From Xylographa opegraphella (taxonomy: Eukaryota), in assembly GCA_022813865.1 (NCBI GenBank), contig JALDZX010000026.1:124001-188000 (forward strand): DNA of 64,000 nt. The letters run 5' to 3'. Position 1 is the first letter of the stretch. Every line of letters starts with the position of its first letter. A program made the translations under genes and the position numbers. The notes under the pieces were generated by a model, which ran no database searches, had not been told where the DNA came from, and saw only the letters and a list, made by a program, of their open reading frames with translations. Of this stretch, positions 27,725 through 40,019 are shown one piece after another.

Positions 27725-28093
27725 ATGAAATTCCTCAACTCTATCCTTTACCTGCTGGCGGCCAACCTCAACTCCATCGCTGCCTCTACTTCAGGAGATG
27801 AAGAGAGCGTCAACCTGTACGTCCGCGATACCGAAGTGATGCCCTCGATCTACGCCCGCAGCATAATTGCTCGCGATCTTGAGCACATCGACCATTTGGA
27901 GAAGCGCGCCAAAGGCATCTGGGAAAGAGCTGTGGCGGCTAAGAAGGCCCTTGGAACTGGTGCGCGCCATAGCTGCTCGTACCACAACTGCAAGGACAGT
28001 AGGGGGCACCCCGACGACAGCGTCTGCGTCGACAAAGGCTGCTTGCACTGCGGTGGGACGCCGGGCCACTATAGTTGCGTAGACTATGATTGA
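27725..28093 (+). CDS. Small secreted Cys-rich prepropeptide
   Basis: Signal peptide MKFLNSILYLLAANLNSIAA; acidic pro-region ending LEKR (kexin-type site); C-terminal part with 6 Cys. Confidence 0.75.
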   Translation: MKFLNSILYLLAANLNSIAASTSGDEESVNLYVRDTEVMPSIYARSIIARDLEHIDHLEKRAKGIWERAVAAKKALGTGARHSCSYHNCKDSRGHPDDSVCVDKGCLHCGGTPGHYSCVDYD

Positions 28094-29023
28094 GCACGGT
28101 TGGAGCTGTATTATGGGCAAAGCGAGTGCTCGTGATGTGCCACAGTTGAACGACCTGTGAGGATAGTATCAGTACTGGATGGTCGAATTGAATATCAATG
28201 TTTGGCGTATATCCTGGTACCAGGATGGTAGGGATACAACAGATCCACCTTTGGATGCGTGTGTCAATAAACTGGCGTTTTCATCTCGGTTTCTAATTAA
28301 ATGTTTATTTCGATACCCATGGACAAAGAAGCTTCCTTATCATGTATAGTTCGAGACGCCATGCCCCTGACAGCGGGAGCTTGCTGCCAAAGTAGAAACG
28401 CAACTGAGTTGAATCCACATAGTCTGGCGACATATAGCACCAAAGGACCAAACAAAGTTATATATGGCAAAAGCATCCGATGTGGCCATCTACCCACTCG
28501 CGGAGAAGCTCGAGCATATCCGGAGTCATTGAAGGATGGGTCATTGGCCATTTGAGCAATCTCCAAGATTGTCAACGAAGCTATTACATCCTACGCCTCC
28601 AATGACATAAAGTACTCATCAGCTGACCCCGTAGCAACAGAGCATGGGTCCTCGCGTCGTACAACTCAGTGGGGAACAGATCGATTAACAGAAAGAGACA
28701 GAACGGCATTGAGCAGGAACCCGAATGAGACCGAGGACAAGCTGCAAAGCGATATGATGAATATGCGATGATCGTCCGCAACAGATAATCAGATAACAAC
28801 TGGAATGGGCGAGGCGAATTGTCGATCAAGGCGTGGCAAAGAATTACGCAAGATACTCAAAACTTGGCAGTCAGCCGCAAGGCAGTTGGATAAAGAGTTG
28901 GCGAAGAGACCTGCTCGCTCGCCCTTGTATACCACCACTGACGGTAGGCCAAGAACTCGGGACTTCATTACTACGATCCTTCATCTTCTGGAAAACAACA
29001 AAGACCACCCTCCTGCCCTCCCG

Positions 29024-31260
29024 ATGCACATTCCCGTACCCGAGCTCATGGCCAGCTGTCGGCCAAGAAACAAGGCTGCCTCTCGGCCCGGGTCCGCCCC
29101 GCCCCCGCATGTGCCAAGAGGATCAGCTCGACTTCTTCTGCACGACCAATATCTTGCCAAGCTGGAGGCTCCTACCCCCAACAAGATGGCTGCTATAGCC
29201 AGCGTGCAGGCAGAGAGGGAGAGGCAGATAGATGGAAAGTATCACAGAGCCGAAGGTGGTGATGCTGAGGGGGCCACGGCTGAAGAGAAGGCTGCAGGTG
29301 TGATACAGGTGCGCAGCAAGCCGCTGTTGCTGGGATGCGCATCATGTCGAGAACTGACCATTGCGGTTGCTTGCATATAGCGGAGTTATCGGGGCTATCG
29401 CCAAAGTTTACACAGGGACGAGCTGAGCTTAGATCCATCGACACGATGGACCGAGGTTAGCATACTTCCTTCAGTCACGCTGGTCTATGTCCAATTGAAC
29501 CACTGATGATGAATCCTTGTCCAGGCTGTCAATGAGGCTCGATATCGATCTCTGATATCGCCGCAGCCACCTCGCCCGCCCGGAAAGGAGAATAGTCATT
29601 CTTCCTCGGAAGCCAAAGCGAGAAGTTCGTCCGAAGCCCGCCGTAACTGGCATCGTATCAACCAGATCACTCTGCGCGCACGTGGTGATTCGCCTTCGCC
29701 AGCGTCTTCCGATAGCTCCAGTATCTCCTCCAGATCGTCTACCTCTTTGACCCGCGCCTCTCGGTTCCATCTTTTCCATCGCCATCACAAAGCGCCGAAA
29801 CCATGGGAAGGCAAGATGATGGATCTAGGATACTTTCTGGAGCTAGTCGATCTGAAGCATCGTTACGGCGCCAATCTGAAGGTCTATCATGCGGAGTGGA
29901 AGAAGTCGTCGACACCGGAGAACTTCTTCTACTGGCTGGATTATGGTGAAGGCAGAGAAGTGGATCTTCCGGGACTGCCTAGAGCGACCCTGGAGAAAGA
30001 GCAAGTGCGCTACCTGAGTCGAGAAGAGAGGCTACACTATATGGTGGATGTAGATGACGCGGGAAAACTGGTGTGGGCTCGGAATGGGGAGTACGTAGAT
30101 ACAAGCGAGCAGTGGAAGGACAGTGTGCTCGGTATCGTGCCAAAGGACGATAAGACGCCAGAGGTCGAAGATTTGAAATTCCACGACGATGATCTGATAT
30201 CCGAGACCGAAGAGCAAGCCCAAAGAGGGAAAGAAGAGGAGGATGCCGAGAAACGATATCCAGAACCGCCTGACTTGAAAGATGCAAAAGGGCCTCGGAA
30301 GTTGTTTCGTGTCACGCCTGCTGCAATCATGAACCATCTAATGCGATCCTCCATAAAGAAGAATACGTGGATCTTTGTAAGTTTCTTGTGCTTCTGATGG
30401 ATTTTGTCCAGTGAGCATTATTGATGGTACCGCATAACATTGTTTGGCTTGAAATATTCTCCATCCGTATAGCAGTACGCGCGTTACATACAAGATCTAT
30501 CACTGTTGTAGTCCTCTTATCAGCATACATACTGAATTTGAGCCACCAGGTATTTTCAACCGCTCACCAACTCTACGTTTCGCTCAAGGCTCCTGGTACT
30601 TTCCAGCACTCCTCCTTCCTTCATGGTTCTCGTATCCTGGCAGCAGGTCTGCTTACTGTGTCCAATGGCCAACTACGCAGTCTCTCTCCCCTTTCAGGAC
30701 ACTACCGGCCTACCTCGACTGCGTTTCGGCATTTCATTACCTGGCTGAAGAATCAAGATGTCGACATGTCCAAGGTTCATCTATCAAAGTCATATGCAGT
30801 GTTAGTGGGCCTCGAAACCTTTGTGGGCGCTCAGGCAGCTATAAATAGCGGGATGGAGAAAGTTTTTAAGCCGAAGGAAGCACATTTGAAGCGGACTGAG
30901 AAGCAGAAGGACCTCGATTGGAAGCTGGAGAAAGAGGCGCAAAAGACCCGGGGGGACGGCATGGGCATGGACGAGTTGACCAAGATCGCGACAGAATTGA
31001 AGCGGGCTGCTGATTTAGAAAACAAGCCGGAGGACGGCCTTGAAGCTATTGAGGCAACATCTGGACATGGTCGAGAAATAAATCCAAAAGAGGGTGAAGA
31101 CTCGATGCCGCCTACAGATTTGGAGACTGCGCCATCGGAACTGCCTCATGCAGAGCCAGAAGGGAACAATGTCGTGTCCGATGGCCCGCACCTTGACAAT
31201 ATCCCTCCAAGTTCGACGCGAGGTGTTCTTCCTCAGCAAGAAGGCCCACATGCTTCTTGA
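29024..31260 (+). CDS. IQ calmodulin-binding motif protein
   Basis: AAGVIQ|RSYRGYR IQ motif; DPSTRW, YFLELVDLKHRYG, FFYWLDYGEG, WIFV and FQHSSFL..SGHYRP motifs; introns 29309-29380, 29456-29524 and 30377-30549. The start is uncertain (alternative ATG at 28805). Confidence 0.85.
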
Positions 31261-32558
31261 AGTGGCAGCGATCCAGAAGTATTACGTACAGCGGGCTTCG
31301 ATTGAACACGAATGCCACCTATCCGCCGGGTCTTGAACCATCGTCAACATAACTTGTGGTTTAGTTCTGTTGGGCAGAACGGTTTCGCAATGTTCGTGAG
31401 TACCGCTTGTGGTCGCATTGAGGTCATTTGAAATAACCACGGAATACAGATGTCCCATTGTGGATTAGTCGCGCTTGCGGTTTCTCATCAATGCGAACAC
31501 GAAATGGAACATCCAAGCGATTTTCGGAATCATCTGCATCAAACACCACAAGGGGCTCACCAGCCCCTTAAACCATCCCATTGTTCTCGTGGCTTCATCG
31601 CCCTTACGGCCATGTTTTCAATACCTTCCTCAGCTCGCGCATTTCGGCTTTGCTGGTGTGTAAGCGAAGAAAAGGACCGCAGCAGCAAGTTGTGAATGCT
31701 GCTCTCGCAAGGTATTTCGAAGGATGTGAGGGAATAGTGCAGGTAACGAGCTCTACGGCAACACGCAACAGATAACCGCCCTTAACGGAGGAGAAGGTCC
31801 CATAATGAGCTGTACGGGTCGTCGAGCATGACAATAGAAACTTACTGCGAGGCAGTTATCGGGCCCAAGGGAGATGATGTATGAAGATGATGACTATCAC
31901 GAATTCACGAGTCCTGTACCACCCGCCGTAGCGGAATATAATAAAATATCTATCTATCTACCCATCCGTCCTCCACCTTTCCAGCGAAGATTGCAGTCTA
32001 GTGATTTGAAGAAAACCGCTTGGATTCAAGACCCTGCTTCGCGTGATATGAGTATAAAACGAGAGCGATGGTCGCCATCTCCACCCAGCCTGGTAGCGGG
32101 CTCTCATATCCATCACGTCCCAGATCCAGTTCTCATATACTATTTTATTTATTGCGCTCCAGTACCGTGCCAGCTTTTGCGTTTGCGCCGTAAAGAGCAC
32201 TCCGATGACTATCCTACACACCGAGAAACCCAAGCCCCAACCCGTAACGCTGAATACCCACTCCCATCCCATCACACGCACCCACGCACCCACACAGAGG
32301 TTGAGAGCGCTCGTAAGTACGATAATTCCACCGGCGGGGAAAGTAAGCCGAACTACCCGGCTGCCCTTTTCTCCATGGTATTGAAACGCATCGATGTCTA
32401 GAAGGGCGGTGGTCCGTTTGAAGGATGTTCGAATGCGGGATATCTCCTCGTGGGAGAAGGAGGAGGAGGAGGAGGAGCTGCCGTTGATGGCGACTCTTCT
32501 TTAATGGAGGAGGGGAGGGGAGGGGAGGATGTGATGGTATGGAAGTGGTTCGTGCTTG

Positions 32559-32715
32559 TTAGCTATCATCGCCTGCTGAAATGGAAGGTATCCGACGGAG
32601 ACTCATGCATATAAGCCTCTAGCGAAGCCGAAACCGATAGGAACCATGATGATTCTCCTCCAAGTGAGCGCAGGATGTAGTGAAATAAATTCGTGCATCT
32701 TAGCTATCATCGCCT
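32559..32715. repeat. 16-bp direct repeat TTAGCTATCATCGCCT, two copies
   Basis: Exact copies at 32559-32574 and 32700-32715. Confidence 0.8.
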
Positions 32716-33425
32716 TACTCACACAGCATTCCAAACAAACAACAGAAAGATCAACTCATCGTCCCGTATCATCAGTGGCTTGGGAAGATGTAAACAGAGC
32801 ACGGCACATAGGCCCGGGGATAAAGAGTAAATCCGAGTACATAAAGACTCCATGAGCTGAGAGGGAGCAGAGCCCGAACTTGACGAAGCGCCACGAACCT
32901 CACGTACGACGTTGTAGTCTTCAAGGATGGTGATTCACCTTCACCGACAACGGGGTTGAGGAATGAATGGAATGGCGCTGGTGCTATTCCACGAGGAGAA
33001 TATGGAGAGATGAAAGCCTCAAATGAAAGCACCATTAATACCTGGAATCAAGTACGCAACATGAACGCCAGGAACAAGGCACTCGGATTCCCATGGCAAG
33101 TTGCTGTGGCAGCAGCCGAGACGGCAGCCCCTCAAGCCACACCAACCTACAACAATCATCGCGCATTCAATCTCCGTATCCTCCACCGTCTCGGACAGCA
33201 TTCTTGTTCATTTCCACTGCGTGGTTTCACAAAACGCCATTGAATTTCGGAAATAAGATACGCGGGTCGTTACAGTCGTAGTGCCGGGCATCACACACAT
33301 CTGTTCCCAAGGAGGCCTAGTCCCAGGACAAGGCTCGACGAAGATTGCAGGATCTTGGTTCCAACTTCTTGGCGGGCCGCGGGCTGGAGGATAAGCGAGT
33401 CGAGCCGATCCCGGTCGCTCAAGGT

Positions 33426-34660
33426 TGACGTCATTGGCGGGAGAGGGGTCGAAGGAACATCGACCTCTGTCGGTGAACGGTTTGTGCGCGACCGTGAGTT
33501 AGGAAGGACAGTGTACGAGTATCGTTCCTCTCGAGAACTGCCTCCTGGAGGACCGTCAACGCACTAGAGCAGGAACCGTTCGCGCTGTGCGTGTGAGCGT
33601 TTCTGTGGAGTGTGGCCCCTCTGTGTTCCATTATTATCTGGTGGATGAGGTTCTCGTATGCCGAAAGTCCCAGTCCATGGCTGAGTGATCACCCCTAGTA
33701 CCGATCTAGCCGCGATAGTACTAGCCCGAACGATGAGCCAAGAAAACGCTGCCGAGGGACTGGGGGTGAAACTGGTCGCAGGTCAGTCCCTGCTGTGGCG
33801 TCCCGCGTAAACCTGACGGTTGAGCCAGGCTTCGGATGCCGGGGACGACTTTGCTCTTTTGGTTGCAGGGGTTCCATCCGGTTTTCTGAGCCACGGATGG
33901 CGACAGCGTCGAATGGTGATCCGTGGTACTGTTGCCCATGGTGCGACCTGTGCGCCACAGCTATCCTCCGCTCTTTCAACCTCGACCCTCAACCCGCGAC
34001 AACGGCCGTCGGCTCGTGCATGCAAACACTTCTCGGTGGAATAATTATGCTTCTGTAGGTCGATGGGGGTGGCCGGGTGACTTCCGCGTTGATGTCCCCC
34101 GAAATGGAGGTCGGTGGGCCTGGTGTGTCTGGCGTGCGTGGTGCCACAAGGCTGCTGCTGCACCTATCGCACGCCTCGTCCACCGCACCGTTGCAGCACC
34201 CCTCATCCCGGCCAGCGAGCAACCTCCGTTCTGACAGGCTCAGTGCTGCATTTCCTGTTTCACACCCAGGCCGCTTGGCTCGCTCCTCCTGCAGACATGA
34301 TCCCCGTCCTCTCCACCCTGCGGCCCTCTCGTCCAATGCCCTGATGCATCAACCCAGCAGAGCATTGGACCGTCGTCCGACTTTGACGTCACCCTGTCCG
34401 AGGCCAGAGTCAGCGCGCTGCACCAGGCACATCGATCCACCAGCCACTCCTTTTTCCACCCTTCCGAACTTCGTATTGGCTGCGCTTGCTGCTGCACTGA
34501 CGCAACATCCCCCAATGTCGAGGACGGAGCCTGTGAGAGGGCGCTCCCGTCAGCGCCCCCCGCCAAACCTGCTTTGCAGCCACAATGAGGCACCAGCTCT
34601 GACCCCGACGCTGGCGCTTCCCTTTCTCACCACCGCGCTCTTCTCGTCGCCGGTGACGTA
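33426..34660. promoter_or_regulatory. CRE-like (ATF/CREB) sites upstream of the DUF3659 gene
   Basis: TGACGTCA at 33426-33433 and 34384-34391; TGACGTA at 34654-34660. Confidence 0.4.
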
Positions 34661-34811
34661 GTGGTGTATTCCCTTGCCCACTTTCCCCCAGCCCCCATTA
34701 ATATCATCGATGCTGCCCAACTCTTATTGATTCCATTTTCTCCATTTTCTCTGTCTCATACCTATACCAAGCTACCCCTGACTCCTGCTTGGTTCCTCCC
34801 CACCACTGTTT

Positions 34812-37800
34812 ATGACAAGCGATCCTCGTTCTTCCTCTGCCTCTTACGCATACTACTCCTTCCCTCCCACCCCCAATCGAACTTCTCCACCCCCGAGCAG
34901 CTCCAAATCTTCTCAACCGACCACCCCTCATACAGCCCGCACCTCCAAAAGTATGGCTCCCTCTCCCGCTGCTGGCAAGGCGACCGGCAACACACCCAAG
35001 ACACCCACGAAATCGGGGAAGAATCCCGCGTCCAGCGCAACCTCCAAACTGAACCAGTCCACCAGCCAGGCGGATGCGCCGAAGTCTGCTGCCAAATCGG
35101 CCACCAACACCCCGAAATCGGCAGCAAAGGGGACTCCGTCCTCGAGGCCGCCGGCTCCAAAGTTGCCTGCGAGACCCAAAGATGCTGCGGATGACGCAAC
35201 ATCAAAAGCAAAAGATGCAGCTCCGGAAACCCCGGACGCCTCTGACGCGGCTGACGACGTGAAGGGCAAAGCCAAAGACACAGCTAGCGATGCCACCAGT
35301 AAAGCCAAGGACGCAACTGATGACGCTACCAGCAAAGCCCAAGATACGGCCAGCGACGCCAAAGGAAAAGCCGAAGATACGGCGGAGGACGCAAAGACAA
35401 CCGCTCAGGACGCCGCGGACGACACCGAAGACGATGCCGGACAGAAAATCGGACTCAAAGATAACGACCCCACAGATGCCGACGATGAGGACACCGATGT
35501 ACCGCAAGGAAAGATCAGCCAAGCCGGTAACGAGACCGGAGGTGAAGAAGAATCTGTTACCGACAATCTTCAAGATGCTGCACCCGAGCCTGAGGAGGAT
35601 GAGGCCGAGGATGCGGTTGCCGGAGCCAAAGATACGGCCGAAGATGCCACTAACACCGAGGAAGCCGAAGAGGCAGCTAACGGTGCAACATCCAAAGCCA
35701 AAGGTCTCACAAACGGGGCTAAAGGCGCTGCTGGAAAGGCAGCAGCGGGAGACGTCAAAGGCGCTGTGGAAGATGTTGAAGACGAGGCTGAAGACGAGGC
35801 TGAAGACGCTGTGCCTGAAGACGCTGACGAAGCTGTCAACGGTGTCAAGGACACTGCTGAAGATGGCGTTGACGATGCCGAGGATGCTGCCGAGGACGCT
35901 GCACCTGAGGAGGCCGATGAGGCTGTCAACGGCGTCAAGGACACTGCCGAAGATGGTGTCGACGGTGCAGAAGATGCGGCTGAAGGTGCTGCTGATGAGC
36001 TCCCGGTCGACTTATCCGTTCTCAAGGGTCTCGAAGTTGGGGAAGGCGGAGAGATCCTTGGCGAGGATGGACAGCCAATCGGCAAGATTGAAGAAGGTGA
36101 CCCTGAAGACCTGATTGGCAAGACAATCGGCGATGACGGCGAAATCCTCGACGAAGATGGTGACGTGATCGGACGTGCTACTGTTCTCCCTGAGAAAGCA
36201 CAGGAAGTCGCCGATGAAGCCGAGACTGCTCTACCAGATATTAGCGTTCTAGAAGGTCTCGAAGTCGAGGAGAATGGAGATATCAAAGACAAGGATGGTG
36301 ACGTCCTTGGGAGGATCACCGAAGGTAACCCTGAAGATCTAGTGGGACAGGTCCTCAACGACAAAGGCGAAGTTCTCGATGAGGATGGGGATGTCATCGG
36401 TCGTGCTGAGGTCGTATCAGGCGAGGGAGTGGACAAATTGGCCCGAGCAGAACAGGAAGCCAATACTGCTGCCGCGGAGGCTGAGAACGCTGCTGATGAA
36501 GAGGCTCCTCTGCCGGACATTGGCGTTTTGGAAGGGTTAGAGGTCGGTGAAGGTGGTGAGATAATGGGTGAAGATGGTACGCCGATCGGTAAACTCGTCG
36601 AAGGTGACGTCGAAGATCTTGCCGGGAAGACCGTCAACGAGAAGGGCGAAATCCTGGATGAAGAAGGAGACGTTGTCGGTCGTGCTGAAGTTGTTCCTGG
36701 AGAGGCTGCTGACAAAATCAACGAAACCCAAGAGGAGGCCGAAGGCGCTGCTGACGGCGACGAAACCGCAGCTGCGGTTGCCGCTCTTGAGGAACAACTC
36801 AAGCCCGACTTTTCCATTTTCGATGGAAAGAAGGTCAACAAGAAGGGAAAGATTCTCGACGAAGAAGGTGAGGTTATCGGCCAGCTCACCGAGGATTCCG
36901 ACCTGAAGCAATGCATTGGTAAGACACCTAATGAGGAGGGTGAAATCAAGAACAGCAAAGGTGACGTTGTCGGCAAGATCGAAATCGTTGCTGGCGAAGC
37001 TGCTGATGAGGCTATGAAGAATGCTCATCCTGAAATTATTGAGCAAATTGAAGAAGCTCAGAAAGCCGCCGAAGAAGCAAAGGATGCGGCGCCTGACTTC
37101 TCCATCGTCGAAGGCCTCAAAGTTAACAAAAAGGGCGAAGTTCTCAACGAGGACGGCGAACCAATCGCAAAGCTTTCCGAAGGCGAGGTGATGAACTGCG
37201 CTGGAAAGAAGATCAACGAAAATGGAGAGGTGCTTGACAAAGAAGGCAACGTTATCGGAAAGGTAGAGTTGATAGCACAGGAGGGTGAGGAAGCTGCTGA
37301 AGAGGGCGCTGAAGATGTGGAAGAAGAGGCCGGTGAAACTGGTCCAGAACTGCCGCCATTGTCAATCCTCGAGGGACTGAAGTGCAATAAGACCGGATTC
37401 ATTGTCGACGCCGAGGGCAACCCAGTTGGTAAACTCATCGAAGGCGACGCCAAGAAATTATCGAAACTCGGATCTGAATGCGACGACCAAGGACAGTTCT
37501 GGGATGGCAAGGGCAAAGTCATTGGCAAAGCCGAGACCCTTCCTCAAGATGATAAGGCTGAGGAGGACGGTGCTTTCGCCGGACTTGAAGGTCTTATTGT
37601 CGTCAAAGACGGCTTCGTCGAAGATGAAAATGGAAACAGGGTTGGCACTCTGGTTGAGGGTGACCCTAAAAAGCTTGTCGGTCGCCACGTGGATGAAGAC
37701 GGAGATGTTATCGACAAGCGTGGTAACGTCGTCGGCCATGCCGAGCGATACGAGGAGCCTGAAGCTGAAGCCGAGCCCGAAGCGGAGAAACCCGATCTAT

Positions 37801-39548
37801 CTATTCTTAAAGGTCTTGCCGTAAACAAGCAAGGTAATGTCATCGGACAAGAAGGAGTACCAATTGCCAGACTTGTTGAGGGTAACCCTAAGGAGTTGGC
37901 TGGCAAGAAGTGTGACGAAGAAGGTCAATTGTGGAATGACTCCGGTAAGGTGATTGGACGCTGTGAACTAATCCCAGAGAATGAGCGGGAAGCTAAAGCC
38001 GAAGGACCATTCGCTGGTTTGGAAGGCCTTGTTGTTGTCAAGGGCGGAATGGTGCAAGACGAGGACGGCAATACTGTGGGGCAAGTTGTTGAAGGTGATC
38101 CGAAAAAACTTGTTGGCCGCGCAGTCGATGAGGATGGCGACATCATTGACAAGTACGGCAATGTCAAAGGTCACGCAGAGCCATATGAAGAGCCTGAGGA
38201 AGAGGCAGAAGATCTCAGCATTCTTGAAGGCAAGGTGGTCAATAAAGCTGGTAACGTCGTCGACGAGCACGGAACGGTGTTCGGCCGTATTGCATCAGGC
38301 GACCCTAAGAAGCTTGCCGGCCGGAAGGTCGACGGACAAGGACAGATCTGGAGCGACAATGGTAAGGTCATTGGCAAAGCTGAGCTTATACCCGGCGGCG
38401 AATCAAACCAAAAAGCAGAAGGTCCATTCGCTGGCTTCGAAAATCTCATCGTTGCCAAGGAGGGTCTTGTGAAAGATGGCTCAGAACAGATCGTCGGTCG
38501 CTTGACTGAAGGTGATCCGAAGAAATTACTTGGGCGGAAGGTTGACGAAGAGGGCGACATCCTCGACAACAACGGAAATCCGATTGGAAAGGCGGAACGA
38601 TGGGAACCGGAAGAGAAAAAGAAAGAGATCAACCCAATGTCTGGACACAAAGTCAACAAGGAGGGTGAGGTACGCGACAATGACGGCAACCTTATCGGCA
38701 GACTCACAGAAGGCAACCTCAAGAATCTGATCGGCAAGGAGATAGATGACAACGGATACGTTATCGACAACGAAGGAAACAAGATCGGCGAATGCACACT
38801 CATCGAGAATCTTCCAGATGAGGAGCCAGAGGGCCCTACCGAGGAAGAAATGGCTGCGATGAGCAGGAAGGAACAGGATGCGGAAGTAGCCAAGAAGATG
38901 ATCAACATTCTGCAACAGACCATAGATCAAATGCAACCCATTTGCAAGCAGATAACAGAGGTACGGGAGCATTCTTCAACCCTTGACATCAGACAGCTAA
39001 TTATCAAACAGCATTTTGAGGCTGCTGACCGGACACCAAAGGACGAGTTGGACGAAGAAGAACTCGTCCAGAAAGTCAAACCTTTGCTAGAAGAAGGTGG
39101 ACGCATCTTACAAGAGTGCAACGGTGCCATCCGCGGTCTTGACCCCGATGGAAGCATAGCTGCTCGCGCCAAGGCCAACGCTGCCTCTGGAGAAGCCACG
39201 CCAGAAGAGCATCATCTCGCAGAGCTGCTCAAGGAACTTACCACCACCGTCGTCCAAACCATCGACAACGGCAAGAAGAAGTGCGCGGATATGCCCCATG
39301 CGAAGAAGAAGCTCAGTCCTCTATGGGGCCTTCTCACTCAGCCACTCTTCCAGATCATTGCTGCGGTCGGACTTCTCCTTGCCGGTGTGCTCGGTCTAGT
39401 CGGACAGCTGCTCAATGGCCTTGGACTTGGTGGACTGGTCAATGGATTGCTGGGCGGCTTGGGCATCGACAAACTGCTCGGTGGACTCGGACTCGGGTCA
39501 ATAACCGAGTCACTAGGTCTCGGTGGCAAGAAGAAGAAGAAGACATGA
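34812..39548 (+). CDS. Large acidic LEA-like/DUF3659 repeat protein
   Basis: AKDAASDA LEA-like N-terminus; many L.GLKVNK.GE..D..G..IG.L.EGD.K.L.G..VD..G.I.D..G..IG.AE units; probable in-frame intron 38961-39011; Gly/Leu-rich hydrophobic C-terminus followed by KKKK. The start may be the ATG at about 34952. Confidence 0.85.
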   Translation: MTSDPRSSSASYAYYSFPPTPNRTSPPPSSSKSSQPTTPHTARTSKSMAPSPAAGKATGNTPKTPTKSGKNPASSATSKLNQSTSQADAPKSAAKSATNTPKSAAKGTPSSRPPAPKLPARPKDAADDATSKAKDAAPETPDASDAADDVKGKAKDTASDATSKAKDATDDATSKAQDTASDAKGKAEDTAEDAKTTAQDAADDTEDDAGQKIGLKDNDPTDADDEDTDVPQGKISQAGNETGGEEESVTDNLQDAAPEPEEDEAEDAVAGAKDTAEDATNTEEAEEAANGATSKAKGLTNGAKGAAGKAAAGDVKGAVEDVEDEAEDEAEDAVPEDADEAVNGVKDTAEDGVDDAEDAAEDAAPEEADEAVNGVKDTAEDGVDGAEDAAEGAADELPVDLSVLKGLEVGEGGEILGEDGQPIGKIEEGDPEDLIGKTIGDDGEILDEDGDVIGRATVLPEKAQEVADEAETALPDISVLEGLEVEENGDIKDKDGDVLGRITEGNPEDLVGQVLNDKGEVLDEDGDVIGRAEVVSGEGVDKLARAEQEANTAAAEAENAADEEAPLPDIGVLEGLEVGEGGEIMGEDGTPIGKLVEGDVEDLAGKTVNEKGEILDEEGDVVGRAEVVPGEAADKINETQEEAEGAADGDETAAAVAALEEQLKPDFSIFDGKKVNKKGKILDEEGEVIGQLTEDSDLKQCIGKTPNEEGEIKNSKGDVVGKIEIVAGEAADEAMKNAHPEIIEQIEEAQKAAEEAKDAAPDFSIVEGLKVNKKGEVLNEDGEPIAKLSEGEVMNCAGKKINENGEVLDKEGNVIGKVELIAQEGEEAAEEGAEDVEEEAGETGPELPPLSILEGLKCNKTGFIVDAEGNPVGKLIEGDAKKLSKLGSECDDQGQFWDGKGKVIGKAETLPQDDKAEEDGAFAGLEGLIVVKDGFVEDENGNRVGTLVEGDPKKLVGRHVDEDGDVIDKRGNVVGHAERYEEPEAEAEPEAEKPDLSILKGLAVNKQGNVIGQEGVPIARLVEGNPKELAGKKCDEEGQLWNDSGKVIGRCELIPENEREAKAEGPFAGLEGLVVVKGGMVQDEDGNTVGQVVEGDPKKLVGRAVDEDGDIIDKYGNVKGHAEPYEEPEEEAEDLSILEGKVVNKAGNVVDEHGTVFGRIASGDPKKLAGRKVDGQGQIWSDNGKVIGKAELIPGGESNQKAEGPFAGFENLIVAKEGLVKDGSEQIVGRLTEGDPKKLLGRKVDEEGDILDNNGNPIGKAERWEPEEKKKEINPMSGHKVNKEGEVRDNDGNLIGRLTEGNLKNLIGKEIDDNGYVIDNEGNKIGECTLIENLPDEEPEGPTEEEMAAMSRKEQDAEVAKKMINILQQTIDQMQPICKQITEVREHSSTLDIRQLIIKQHFEAADRTPKDELDEEELVQKVKPLLEEGGRILQECNGAIRGLDPDGSIAARAKANAASGEATPEEHHLAELLKELTTTVVQTIDNGKKKCADMPHAKKKLSPLWGLLTQPLFQIIAAVGLLLAGVLGLVGQLLNGLGLGGLVNGLLGGLGIDKLLGGLGLGSITESLGLGGKKKKKT

Positions 39549-40019
39549 TGTGGGCGATGACAAGTTGTGTTTGGTAATGGTCAGTGGCATATGGATTGGT
39601 ATCAGGGCTGGGCTTGCTCAAAAATTGTTGTCTAATTAGCGCCGGGTTGTCAATAGTGTTACGATACTGTAAGATACTTTCATAGTAGAGTAATGGTCAT
39701 TTCTCACATCATTTTCTGGAAAAGAGGATCTGCTTGTTGGTGGTTGATGCAAAGAAAAGAAGTCACGGGTGGCAAATTGTCCGAGCGAACGTATCACTAA
39801 AGCCACACCACTGGATTTTAGAGCTACTTCACAAGTTGGATTTTACTCTCATCAATAATCAACATTCGAACGTCAGATAAGCATTGAGCGAAGATTTTAT
39901 CCCAAGAATTCAGATGAATTCTTGATCGAAATTACGATATTTGCTATTCGTTATTGTATATACAATTCCATCTATCTATCTCTCTCTCTATAACATCTCA
40001 CACAAAGGAGATTCGCTTT

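Noticed and set aside
31958..32853. Spliced minus-strand orphan gene using an intron at 32555-32722
   Set aside because: The spliced frame stops near 32400 and does not join the 31958-32293 ORF; no recognisable motifs.
33662..33770. GAAAGTCCC resembling RNase MRP CR-I, with local CCCAGTCC/GGACTGGG and CTAGTAC/GTACTAG stems
   Set aside because: No matching CR-V/P4 partner found, and short stems are expected by chance in GC-rich DNA.
35570..38923. Long antisense ORFs (468 aa, 250 aa and others)
   Set aside because: Shadows of the biased-codon repeat gene on the + strand.
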